A DNA stretch of 64,000 nucleotides from Felis catus (taxonomy: Eukaryota): assembly GCF_018350175.1 (NCBI RefSeq), contig NC_058368.1, forward strand, positions 199,952,001-200,016,000, given 5' to 3'. Below are positions 52,561 through 64,000 of this stretch, in pieces; within the stretch, counting starts at the first letter, position 1, and every line of letters begins with the position of its first letter. The translations under genes and the position numbers were made by a program. The notes below the pieces were generated by a model. That model worked only from the letters and a program-made list of their open reading frames with translations, was not told the DNA's origin and ran no database searches.

Positions 52561-53451
52561 TTCTTTTTAACAGATAGAACAAAGCATGGTCAGGGCTGAA
52601 AGAAATTAGGTCACAGACCATTAAGTTTGAAAATATAAAAACAAATACAGCACTTAAGGCAGGGTACATTTTCTTCAAGCTATAACTCTTCAAACATCTG
52701 ACATACCATCTATCTGGGAAGTGTAGAACATGTTAATGATATTTTATATACTTGTGAAACAAATTGGTAAGTGCTGATGATCTGTTTAATTTCTTTGTAA
52801 AGCTACTTCAGGCATACAAAATATATTCTATTTTCTAAGCACATGAGAGAAATGAAAAAAAGGAATGATGAAAGCACTCTTCAGCCTTTCCCCTTCCTTT
52901 TCCCATGTTTTCTCCTGATCTCCAATGATTTCTCTTCCTTTGCCTTGTTTCACCACTCTGTGTTGCTTTCTCAGTGTCCATTGGGATACAAATGCCCAAC
53001 CACAAGCTAAACATTGACCAAGTAAATAAACACTTAACTGGTTGTGGGTTCTGCCTAAGCAGGATCACGGGATCAAAACTACAATAGAAGAGATCTCTGG
53101 AGTTAGGTGACCTCAGTTTTCCTAAAGCAGGAAAAGACTGGGCTGTCAGAGAGAATAAAATAGTCTTCAGTGTCACTGTAACTATAAATGCATACAGTTA
53201 AATGCTTATTTGTGATTAAGTATCTTTATTCAAGTAATGGAATTGATAGTCTTATGAATAATACATATAGGCTTCTCACTATTATTGAAAATGATGGTCT
53301 TCTCTAATATTTCATTGATCAAAAATAATTTGAACTGGTCTCAAAAATATTTATCCTCTTTATTAATATTTGTATTTTAAACAACTCTGTACTTTCTACC
53401 ATATTTTTTAATGTTTTTAAACATTTTATGATAATTTAAATTGCTTAAATA

Positions 53452-53536
53452 GAAATATCAAATGATTATGCTGTACACCTGAAACCAATATAATATTATA
53501 TGCCAATGATACCTCAATAAATAATAGTATAATAAA
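53452..53536 (+). mobile_element. ~85-bp L1 3'-terminal fragment
   Basis: ttatgctgtacacctgaaaccaatataatattatatg...ctcaataaa; TSD TGCTTAAATA. Confidence 0.75.
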
Positions 53537-54913
53537 ATGCTTAAATACTCCATGGAAATACTCCATGCCACTTTGATCATTCAGTCTGTATCTAGCTCTA
53601 AGGTTTGTCTACTCAGAAGGATCTCAGGAAAGCACCACTGAGAGGCCTCACCTACCATAAAGTTCTTTGGACCTGGCTTCTTGGAGCCTCCTTTGAACAC
53701 ACACTGAATAAACTCCACTGTGCCCTTGAGGAATCTCAGAGGGCCACAGCTGGAAAAAGCCTTATTTAGATCACCTAATCAGCATCCTGAAAGGATGAGA
53801 ACACGGAGTCACAAGCAATTGAAATAACTTGCCTAAGACACCATGGCTAGCTTAATGATGGAACCCAGAGATGACAATCTCCTTGCTCTTCATGGAGTTC
53901 CCAGCTCTGTATCTCACACTATGCAGCACATGAAGCAATGATAAGCCATCTTCACTATGCACCCCTGGGATGTACTTACAGCTCCCACTAAGCAGAAAGA
54001 TTAGAGAAAACAGGCCTTCTTCAGACTTGCAGCTGTGTTTCCAGTGGGTAAAACAATGTCACGGTTAGAGGCTAGAATAGGGGAGGGACTGGCAAGGGAG
54101 CAGAATCAAGTGACAGACTTCCAGTTGGCAACAGGCTCAGGCCTGTTGGCCAGGAGCCATCCAAATGTCCCACGTCCCTGTCTACAGCAGCCAGGGTACT
54201 GAGCTGCCAGCTAGTCTAGGAAACTAGCAAGGCTGTTGCCTCTCTGGAATGGAGTAAGTTGCCTGGTCCCACCCAGCCCAAGCTGAAAAGAGTCCCTACA
54301 TCAATCGGAGGAAACAGGGAGAAAGCTGGCTGGAGGAGGACTGGGTATTTATCTGTATCTCCAGTGTCTTGCATAAAATAGGTGCTCAAAATATTTTTAT
54401 TTGAATAGAATAACTAATTAGAGCCAGAATTTTGTTGCCAGTCTACCTTAGGCAAAACATTTCTCTCTTCTGAGCCTCAATTTCCAACTCTGTCAAGTAG
54501 AAATGCTAATAATGATCCTCGCATTATTGTTCTGGGATTGAAATGTGATTCTGTATGTGAAAGCCATTTGGGAACTCCAAAGCACTCTAAAATACAAAGG
54601 ATAAATGACCGGAAAACTGCTTCCATATGGAAACTTCTCAAATAGGCCTGGAGCCAATTTATTGACATTCTACTATTCCACAAAACGTATGCAGTTGGAG
54701 TTGTAAGAATACAGGCATGTCTGTTATAATGTGATACAGCCATTCCTGAAAGCAACCTCATGTTTTCTACAAAGTCACATGTCAAAAAACAGAGCTTGTG
54801 GTAAAAATAGATTTGGAGCAGCCTACTCAAAACCTACACAACTTTTTAGCCAATAACAACCCAAATAAAAATAGCAGCATGGTTCTAAAGGCATGTTAAA
54901 TTCCTAACAAATA

Positions 54914-55758
54914 GGGGTTCCTGGGTAGCTCAGTCAGTCAAGTATCGAACTCTTATTTTTTTAATTTTATTTTTTATTTTTTAAAATTTACATCCAAATC
55001 AGTTAGCATATAGTGCAACAATGATTTCAGGAATCGATTCCTTAATGCCCCTTACCCATTTAGCCCATCCCCCCTCCCACAACCCCTCCAGTAATCCTCA
55101 GTTTGTTGTCCAAATGTATGAGTCTCTTCTGTTTTGTCCCCCTCCCTGTTTCTATGTTATTTTTGTTTCCCTTCCCTTATGTTCATCCATTTTGTCTCTT
55201 AAAGTCCTCATATGAGTGAAGTCATAGGATTTTTGTCTTTCTCTGACTAATTTCACTTAGCATAATACCCTCCAGTCCATCCACGTAGTTGCAAATGGCA
55301 AGATTTCACTCTTTTTGATTGCCGAGTAGTACTCCATTGTATACATATACCATATCTTCTTTATCCATTCATCCATCGATGGCCATTTGGGCTCTTTCCA
55401 TACTTTGGCTATGTTGATAGTGCTGCTATAAACATGGGGGGGCATGTGTCCCTTCGAAACAGCACACCTGTATCCCGTGGATAAATGCCTAGTAGTGTGA
55501 TTGCTGGATCATAGGGTAGTTCTATTTTTAGTTTTTTGAGGAACCTCCATACTGTTTTCCAGAGTGTCTACACCAGCTTGCATTCCCATCCAACTCTTCT
55601 CGATCTTGGCTCAGGTAATGATCTCAGTTCGTGATTGTGGAGTCGAGCCCCGCCATCAGGCTCTGGGCTGACCTGCACAAAGCCCCTTGGGGTTCTCTCT
55701 CTCCTCTCTCTGCCCCTCCCTCCCTCTCTCTCAAAATAAATAAATAAACATTAAAAAC
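54914..55758 (+). mobile_element. Can-SINE split by an L1 insertion (SINE parts 54914-54954 and 55588-55758)
   Basis: Outer TSD ATTCCTAACAAATA (54900-54913, 55759-55772). Confidence 0.92.
54955..55587 (-). mobile_element. Carnivore/felid L1 3' end (~630 bp, 5'-truncated)
   Basis: ORF2 C-terminus IAKVWKEPKWPSMDEWIKKIWYMYTMEYYSAIKKSEILPFATTWM; TSD ATC(G/C)AACTCTT. Confidence 0.95.
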
Positions 55759-56524
55759 ATTCCTAACAAATAAATGTTATGCTAATTACAAGGGCTTCAA
55801 TGGAGGGGCCTAAGAAAATGTTGAAGTTGTAGACTGATGGGGACAAGGGGGAAATTTTCCTATAAAATAAAGAGAAACTGAGTGTGGAGCTGACCATTAA
55901 TAAGCCCTTCCAAGAAATCACACCTATGGCAAAAGTAAGCCAAGAGGGAGAACGGAAGGAGAATGGATGTGGCAACTTGCTCTGTCCAACTCTAGAACTA
56001 CTTGGCATTCAGGTGCTGGTACTAAGTGGCATACACATTTAAGGTGCTGGGGAACTTGCATTATAGTGACATGTCTTATAGTGACACCATTGCCTTATTT
56101 ATCAATGATGCATGAGCTAAGGTGCTTAGAGCAAGATGTACCTGAACAAAATAACTTTATTCTTCTTTTAAGAGTATTAATAGGGCCATTTTCACTCAGA
56201 ATGTAGGGGGAGGAAGATCAGCCTAAACACCTAAGTTTTTGAATGACGGTTTCTGGACCTCACAACAGACTCTCCAGTTTGGTCCGTTGGACATACTTTG
56301 AGGAACACTGATCCAAACTAAAATCCCTAAGCAGTTTCAAAATGCAAAATAAAGGCAGTCACTTGTAACTTTCATGCTATTGAATACTACCAAAGTTCAC
56401 TGAACAGAAGTCTTCAAATTCACCAGTGTATATAAATGGACTTTATTTATCAACCAACATTTATTTATTGAATACACATTGATATGCGATTGTTTTCCTG
56501 CAATGACTGTAATTGGAGAAACAA

Positions 56525-56526
<2 letters not shown>

Positions 56527-56560
<34 letters not shown>
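56527..56560. repeat. (CA)n microsatellite
   Basis: Direct reading. Confidence 0.97.
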
Positions 56561-56562
<2 letters not shown>

Positions 56563-56869
56563 GTAGGCTATCAAAACAAAGGAATATATGTCATGATACA
56601 GATGTTAAGGATTACATAGTTAGACAAGAGTTTCACCTGACCATTGTCCATTAAGAAAGGGCAGAGAATTTCAAACACAACTACCTCAAACAAGGGAAAC
56701 AAGAAGCATGTAGCAAATATCCTATCAGTATATGTTTTTGTCACAACCAAGTGAATGAAAACTGAGATAATACTGCAAATTTCTTATTAGTTCTTATCTG
56801 ATTGATTTTTGGACTCAGCTCAAAATTCAATGCTTTAAATGTTTTTCTGTGGCAGGGCTCACCAATTAT

Positions 56870-57190
56870 CATCAAACGTCTATGTGCTCCTCCATATTTG
56901 CCAGACTTTCTTGCACTTACGTGGCAGCCATGAGGCCATTTCTGGTCAATGAATGTTAAGCAGAAGTGATAATGTGTCACCTCCCACCAAGGCAGTGCTG
57001 TTTCTTCCCCACACCTCTCTCTTCTCTTTTGCTGTGATCTTAGAGGTATGTGTTCCCGATATCATGGTACAAGATTGAGTGGGACCATCCAACCCACACT
57101 GGACTGAAACATATGGAAGAAATAAAGTCACTGCTAAGCCACTGATACTTTGGGGTCTTCTGACAGCTAACTGTGTTCACCCTATTGTTA
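56870..57190 (+). mobile_element. Old MaLR MLT1-type LTR fragment
   Basis: ttctggtcaatgaatgttaagcagaagtgat...aataaa...taagccactgatactttgggg motifs. Confidence 0.7.
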
Positions 57191-58027
57191 CTCTTGCATA
57201 GAGCTTCTGATTACTAGATACTCTCAAAATACAATGTAATTAGAATTTATAAAATTAGAATTAGAATCTCTAAATGATGAGAGAGATTGGATGCCCTTCT
57301 AATGTGCATGTAAATGCTGAATGCTTTATTAAGACACTGAAGACTGAGTTGGTTTCTTATATTATTATGGCAAAAAAAAATGCAGTGGCCTTCTCTAATT
57401 CTTAAAATTCTCTAATGGTCTAGGCATTTTATTACTTTCAATTTCTGCCTGGAGAAGGGAATCGTGCAAAAAACATTCTTAAAAGGCATTGTTTAAGGTG
57501 AATGTGGGAAATAGTTATAAAACACCAAGGTCTAAACCTAACCAGTTTAATCTCTGCAGGAAATTCCTTAGGACACAATGGCTCAGATGCTGTCAGGTAA
57601 GCCACCCTTGAATGCCCTTCCCAGGAAATTCACAAAATATTCTTGTGCGGCAGAAGGAAATCCTGTGCTGGATGTTCACGTAATGGGTTTGAGTACAATT
57701 TCAAAATTTGTCTACCACAGAAAAATAATAAAGCCTACTGTGCTTATACATATGGCTCTATGTTAGAACTTCAAAAAATACTAGTGAAATGATAGCTGAT
57801 TACAATGTGATTTACCTACTAGCATCTCAATTGCATATACCTAGAAAACCACACTATTTTTTAAACTGAGCCAGTTATGATGCTAAAGGAATAAGTGTAT
57901 ATACTAAGGTTATTTTTATGCAACTGTTGATTAATAACTTATGAGTATATATTCATAAATTTTTCCCATCAATAAGATAACTTAATTACACCTAATTAGT
58001 AAATATACTCTGTATCATGCCCTAGGC

Positions 58028-58251
58028 CAGAGGTCAGCAAACTGTCCTATGAGCCAAATGCCACACTTCATCGATTTTTGTAAATGAAGTTTTGTTGGAA
58101 CACAGCCGTGCCCTTTAGTTTACTATTATCTATGGCTGCTTTTGCACTACAATGGCAGAGTTAAGTAATCACTAAAGAGACTGTGTTTCCTGCAAAGACT
58201 AACAAATTTACTATCTTGACCCCTTACAGAAAAAGAGGTTGTTGACGTCTG
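58028..58251 (+). mobile_element. MER58A hAT-Charlie MITE
   Basis: TIRs cagaggtcagcaaac ... gttgttgacgtctg; internal tttgtaaatgaagttttgttggaacacagcc. Confidence 0.88.
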
Positions 58252-59548
58252 CTATAAATTAAGCTGAAACATTTTATAATGTAAATAGTACAGTTTGCAT
58301 ATTTACAAATATTTTCTATATTCATGTTTGTACAGCTTAATCTCCTATACTTAAATCAAAGGCAAAGAAGTAGGGTAAGATTCTGTCAGATGAAGTAAAT
58401 GCTATTCTGGCTTTGCATTGCTTTTGATCTTTGGTGCATTAAAGCACAATTGCATATTTCTGCAGATTTCTATTATTAGCCTAAAATGATATCTTCCTTC
58501 TCAAACCATTTTAGTTTCTTTGAGAAAAAGGTAATCCCTGTTTGGTCAGGACATAAAAACTTTAAGGCTCATTTTGTATTTAACTAAAGAAGCAGCTCTA
58601 ACAAAGCTTGTGACTCAACCCCCCTATAGCCACAAGTTTAACATTTATTGAACATCTACTATGTGAACTGAGTGCTTACATAGTTTCCATAATTTAATCA
58701 TTCCCAGATTTCCGGGTGGTATTATCCTCACTTTTCAGATGAGGCTCACAATAGCTTAGTGATGCCCAAGGTCACAGAATCACTTAGTTTCGGAATCCAG
58801 GTTTAGACCTGGTTCTTCTGAAACCAAGTGCACAGCAATTTTAACCTCCCCCGACCTTCAGCAATTCTGGCATATTAAACTCTGATTGACGTTTACAAAA
58901 TGTAAGAAGGCCAAGTAAGGGAAAAGGAGTTTTGAAAAGATTAGCATCTTATGAGGTTTGAATCAGACTAAATGTTTAATGGAAAAAATTCCACAGACAT
59001 GATTTGTTAGGGGGTAGTATTTTGGAGCTTTAGGATGTGTTAGGTTTGAGAGAGATTTTAAACTGTTCTAAATTGATTCCACCCCAAGTATTTGTATCTC
59101 TTTTTGCGTTTAGGGTGCTAGTTCTGTCCAAAGAAAGGAATCCAGCTGCTAGGTGACGCTACTTGAAAACATTATTTCGAAGAAAACCCCCATCTGCTGT
59201 AGCCAGTGATAATACATATATTTACTATTATTATTTTTCCTGTGATTTAGAAAAAAAGTGAAAAGACCTGAGAAGGAGTAAACATTGTTCAGAAATATGG
59301 AGTATTAGAAAACAACTTTGCTATATCTCTAGGAGCGTTATGCCTTCAAGACTCTAGGAGGTGAGGTACAAGGCAAGGTTCTGAGGACCTGCTCCTCCAT
59401 TCTGTGCATGGCCAAGCAAGTGGTGCTCCATTACCAGGACCCTAGTCCCTAAGAAAAGAATGACAGAAGAATGACAGGGACCCCGGTCCCTAAAAGAAGA
59501 AGAGAAGAACGGGTGATGATAGACCTACTTAACTCTCTTTCAGCTCTT

Positions 59549-59780
59549 TTTTTTTTTTAATATGTGAAACTTATTGTCAAATTGGTTTCCATACAACACC
59601 CAGTGCTTATCCCAAAAGGTGCCCTCCTCAATACCCATCACCCACCCTCCCCTCCCTCTCACCCCCCATCAACCCTCAGTTTGTTCTCAGTTTTTAAGAG
59701 TCTCTTATGCTTTGGCTCTCTCCCACTCTAACCTCTTTTTTAATTTTTTTCTTTTTATTTCTTTTTACTTTTTTTATTTT
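59549..59780 (-). mobile_element. Young felid L1 3'UTR fragment, 5'-truncated
   Basis: Perfect 13-bp TSD TCTTTCAGCTCTT (59536-59548, 59781-59793). Confidence 0.9.
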
Positions 59781-60459
59781 TCTTTCAGCTCTTAATTGCT
59801 TACCTAATTCATGGAACGGTCCATTCAATAGACCACCCCCCCACCCCCGCCATTCTCTATCTCTCTATGAATGACAGTTTCTAGTCTGTTTATGTGGGGT
59901 GGGAGGCAATATGAAAAGTTTATGCCATGGTTCAGGTACAATTCTTTTAGATTAATAGAAATAAACACTAACTTCATGGTTTAAGCTCCCACATATGAAT
60001 GGCTGATATGTTTAACTGCCTGTAAGACATCATTGATTTTCATTTTTCCTATAAAGAAATTGTCTTTACTTGAAAGCAAGGTATCTGTTTTTGTTTCTGC
60101 TGGCAGATTGACTTCCTTTCAGAACTGAAAATGTGCTCAGTGTCCATGGATATTTCTTGAGTCCCAAGGAGATACATTTTAGGTACAGCACACAAAACAG
60201 GTAAACTGTCTTCAGCATTTATTCTGGACCAAGCATTATAAAAAGTGTCAATAACCTCACTTAATTTTCAGAAAACCCTATGAGGTTAGCACTTAGTTTG
60301 CAGGTGAGGAAACTGAAGTCAGTCACTGAAGTAGTCACTATTAGAGATACTAAACCTTGGAGTTTTCACCGCTAACCACTCCTTAATATGTGTCCCTTAT
60401 TATATGTTATTCCTGCTCTTACAAAGTTGTAGCGACTTAGTTTCCATTTAGTGATACAT

Positions 60460-60662
60460 TAAATTTTTTTTTTTCCATGTTTATTTTTGAGAGACAGAGA
60501 GTGAGCAGAGGAGGGGCAGAGAGAGAGACAGTTAATCCAAAGGAGGCTCCAGGCTCTGAGCTGTCAGCACAGAGCTGGAGGTGGGACTGGAACTCATGAA
60601 CTGTGAGATCATGACCTGAGCCAAAGTTGGATGCTTAATGGACTGAGCCACTCAGGCGCCCC
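60460..60662 (-). mobile_element. Can-SINE
   Basis: TSD ATTTAGTGATA (60446-60456, 60664-60674). Confidence 0.95.
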
Positions 60663-61145
60663 TATTTAGTGATAAATTTAAAATTAATCCTCAATTTGTC
60701 AAAAGTATAAGCCCACTTGTAATTAGTAATTTTATTTTGTAGGAGAACCTCACATTACTAGATTGCATCATTAACATAGCTACTATTGTACAGATGCCTT
60801 GCATTGAGAGACCACCTTGGAGTAACAGTCTCAGATGACTGAATTGAGAAAGGTGATGACCTTGTTATTTTAGGATATAAAATTCAGTTGGAAAAGATGA
60901 TTGCCACGTAGACATTTATTTACATTCAAAGCTATTTTTGAAAGCTTTAGATCAGTGTTTCCCAAACACAGAAGAAGACATCAGCCCTTGTCCATTCTTC
61001 CAAAAAATGCTCGAAAACTAGAGCCAAGACCAATCCTGGACAAGAATATACTTACCAGTGCTTCTCCCAACATCCACCTAAACAAGGATCTCTTCTACCC
61101 AAGCCAGCCGTGGCCAGCAGTGCTAAAGGGATGAACGTGAGAGTG

Positions 61146-61285
61146 CAGGGTTGTTGGGACACCCAGTTAAATTTGAATTTCAGATAACCGATGAATAGTG
61201 CAATGCAAGCACATTGCATTTGTGAATTTTAGAGTAAGTATGTCTCATTCAATGTTCTGCCTACTCCCTAAGTCTGGCAATCTTA
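61146..61285. mobile_element. Rearranged MER53-like element
   Basis: cagggttg...ggacacccagttaaatttgaatttcagataa...taagtatgtc...tctggcaatct matches the recalled MER53 left arm and terminus. Confidence 0.75.
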
Positions 61286-63439
61286 GAAAGGTAGAAGATG
61301 ATATGTGTTTTATATTTTTAATTTTGGCTCACCTCCAAGTTTAGCATTAACTGTAGGAAAGTAAAGAACCTGTTCTTTTAAATTTTTGTGACCTACTCTC
61401 CTTAGTATTTGGTGCCTAACATGAAATCTGGATGTATTTGGTAACTCCTCCTCTTCCATGGTTGAATTGTGACAGTTGGGTTGTAAAACACTGTGAAGGC
61501 TAAGGGCAAGTGTGTGTTGGAGGTAGGGAGGTAAAACATCACCGTTCTCTTTCCTGGATTCCATTTCCGTCCAGAACCAAATATTAGCTAGGGGAACACA
61601 AAGAGGTGTAAGTGGCCTGAGGTGATCTCAAGAACACCCGGGACTATACAGGTCAAGCATTCTCTGAGTCTCTTGCACTTCCATCATGCCTCAGGACTAA
61701 TGCCGAATCTTGCTGAGAATTTCCCAGGCTGAAAATTTAGAGAGACCGATTTTGAGTATTTAAATGATTCACCATTTTAAATCTACCAGTAAGGCTTGTT
61801 CTTAAGTGTTTCCTTGCGAATCAGATATCCATGCCAGTATCAGGAGCCCAGGAGAAAAACGAAGTCAAGATTTAGGATAAAAAAAAAGAATATGTAAAAG
61901 GGGAAAAATGTGTCAATTATACAACTAACTTACATGATTTGGTGATTTTGTTTTCTAAGCAGACATGAACCCTGAAAAGGATGCTAAGATTTTCCTATCA
62001 AACTGGCATCTTTGTTCTGATGCAGAACATAGGGATTAAAAAATTATCTAACCAGAATGAGTGAACTGGTGATGGAGCCTCAGCCCCAAGTCAGACTGGC
62101 ATAGTTCTAGGCTCAGCACCAGCAAAGGGGCTGCTTATTCCAGCAAGTGGCTGGGCTAGGGTTTGAACAATCCCAGTCTGGCTGCAGGGCCTGTATCCCT
62201 ACCACCAGTATAGCAGCTGCCTTGGTAAGGGATTTACTAGATGTTTGTTCTCTTACTTCCACTGTTCTGCAATGGTTAGTGGATATTTTTTTGTTTTGGC
62301 TCTCAACACACTCTTCCTAGCTGAGGAAAGGGACAGGGTTCCAGGGTACATAGGGGATGGGGATGGAAATGTACAATAGCCCTTTATCCTGCCTTCTGGT
62401 CCACAGATTGTGGACATGTGACCCGTGAACAACCCATATGTTGTTCCTGTCCACTAGAGATTATTCTCTGAAGCTCTGGCTGAGGTTTAAGTCCAGTGGA
62501 TTTGTGGTGGCTGTCTGGGGGTGGCAATTTCATCAGCTGCATTGTCCTACACAGACAATTTCTGTAGCAGGGGTTTGACAGTGGCTTCCTCTCTTTCTTC
62601 CTGAGTTTCCTCATCTTCCAAAATCTTCCACTATTATTTACATTATCAGAACTGCTTTCTGTTGTTTGCAACTGACTTAGAAATCGTAAGAGAACTGTGG
62701 TTTGCTTTTAACTTATGCGTGGCTGAAATCCCCAGATAAAGAAAGCTGAGCACTTGAAGAATGATATTCAAATAACGAATATGTACCATAGGAATTAAGG
62801 TGCTTAAATGGAGGAAACACAATACATTGTTTAACCTAAGAATTAGCATTAATTTAACTTGATTGGAAGTACTAATGATGTGTCATGGCTGCTAGATAAC
62901 CAGCCTGAGCATCACAGGACTGCATAGCTGCAGTCCTGCAGACATGGTTCCTGCAGACAGAGACGGGACTGCCTCGTTGGGTGGTTGGCATTCTCTGTAT
63001 GTGCATAGTGGTAGCCTTGAGGAGTTACCATTCCTGGCATGAACTTCAAAACTGAAACGTGCTTTTCTGTGTTCCTCTTCTTTATTGGCTTCTAACAGTT
63101 ACAAAAGTGAGGTTTTCACCTTCATTGTCTGTGCACTAAGGTGGGACATGCATATGTATCTGAAATGGAAGAAATGAAAATATGAAGGCCAGGCATGATC
63201 TGGCTAGCCTATCTCTTGTTGAGGATAGCTCTGGAGGAAGTGAATCCACTTTTTCTGGTTTTAACACCATCTTTCACAGATGGTAGGGATTTACTATAGG
63301 AAAGGACATGAGGCATTTCCTTTGCATTAAACCTCCACAGCTGATCTGGTGCCCAGGTAATACATATGGTAAAAAGATGCAGTAGGAAGGAGGAATTAAA
63401 CTAAGTTAAATACAGCTCTTAATAATTTCCAGGTATTTT

Positions 63440-63620
63440 TATTAAATCATATCACTTATGCCTTGCAACTCAATAAGGAAAGTTTTATCATTTTTCCAAT
63501 TTTACAGGTTGAAGCTCATAAATCTAAATTTGAGGATCATAAAGATAACATAACTTGCCCAAGGTCACAGAGCTCGTCTGTGATAAAGATTTTCTAGTTC
63601 AGGGCCAATGTCCTGACCAC
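63440..63620 (-). mobile_element. MIR fragment
   Basis: ccaattttacaggttgaa...taacttgcccaaggtcacagagct core; other MIR pieces near 26200-26400, 36400-36510, 37170-37270, 54430-54590 and 58640-58810. Confidence 0.7.
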
Positions 63621-64000
63621 TGCTGCCTGCCAACTGAGTGAAAGAAGACATTCAGGAGGTGGCCCATACTCAGATACCGTTTTCCCAGGTGAGTCTAGCC
63701 AACAGTGATATCTTCCTGTTATCAACAATTTTAGCTTTTACTCTCTGTACAATGTATGATTTTTCAGTCTTGGTTCTGTCTCACATAATTCTTGCATCAC
63801 AAGATTTATAAGTTCCCTCCTTCCATAACTAGGAAGCAGGTTCTCTACTTTTTTGTACCTTCTCCCACTATACCTAACAACATATGCACATGTAAAAGGC
63901 ATCAATAAATACTCACAAAATGGTCAACATTAGTCCCAATTGTGGATTTATTATAGCAAGTCAATACACAAAGGTATAGATAGATCCCACAATTAGGCAC

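Noticed and set aside
55257..55445. ORF resembling a reverse-transcriptase protein C-terminus
   Set aside because: Frameshifted L1 ORF2 remnant in a 5'-truncated copy; not autonomous.

Overview
Mammalian genomic DNA from a felid (cat family), judged by about 19 carnivore tRNA-derived Can-SINE loci, including young SINEC_Fc-type copies, and carnivore L1 3' ends. The whole window lies inside ITGA1 (integrin alpha-1/CD49a), transcribed on the minus strand. Six coding exons were read by hand; numbered by recalled human structure they are exons 2-7, at 32917-33037, 19685-19797, 16965-17053, 16748-16859, 16003-16130 and 158-306. All have GT-AG boundaries and splice in one open frame covering the signal-peptide end, the first beta-propeller blades and the first part of the collagen-binding I domain. 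Positions 33038-64000 are the 3' part of the long intron 1; exon 1 and exons 8 onward are outside the window. The rest is intron filled with SINEs, L1, L2, L3/CR1, MIR, MaLR/ERVL LTRs, DNA-transposon fossils and microsatellites. None of the supplied ORFs is a host gene. I find no convincing novel biological system. The best leads are a frame-preserving 51-nt candidate cassette exon in intron 3, a head-to-tail SINE dimer inside one target-site duplication, several inverted-plus-tandem duplication scars, a dispersed ~92-bp diverged direct repeat, nested transposon stacks and a near-identical inverted young SINE pair. Repeat family names are from recognition of consensus motifs, not a database search, and old-repeat boundaries are approximate.
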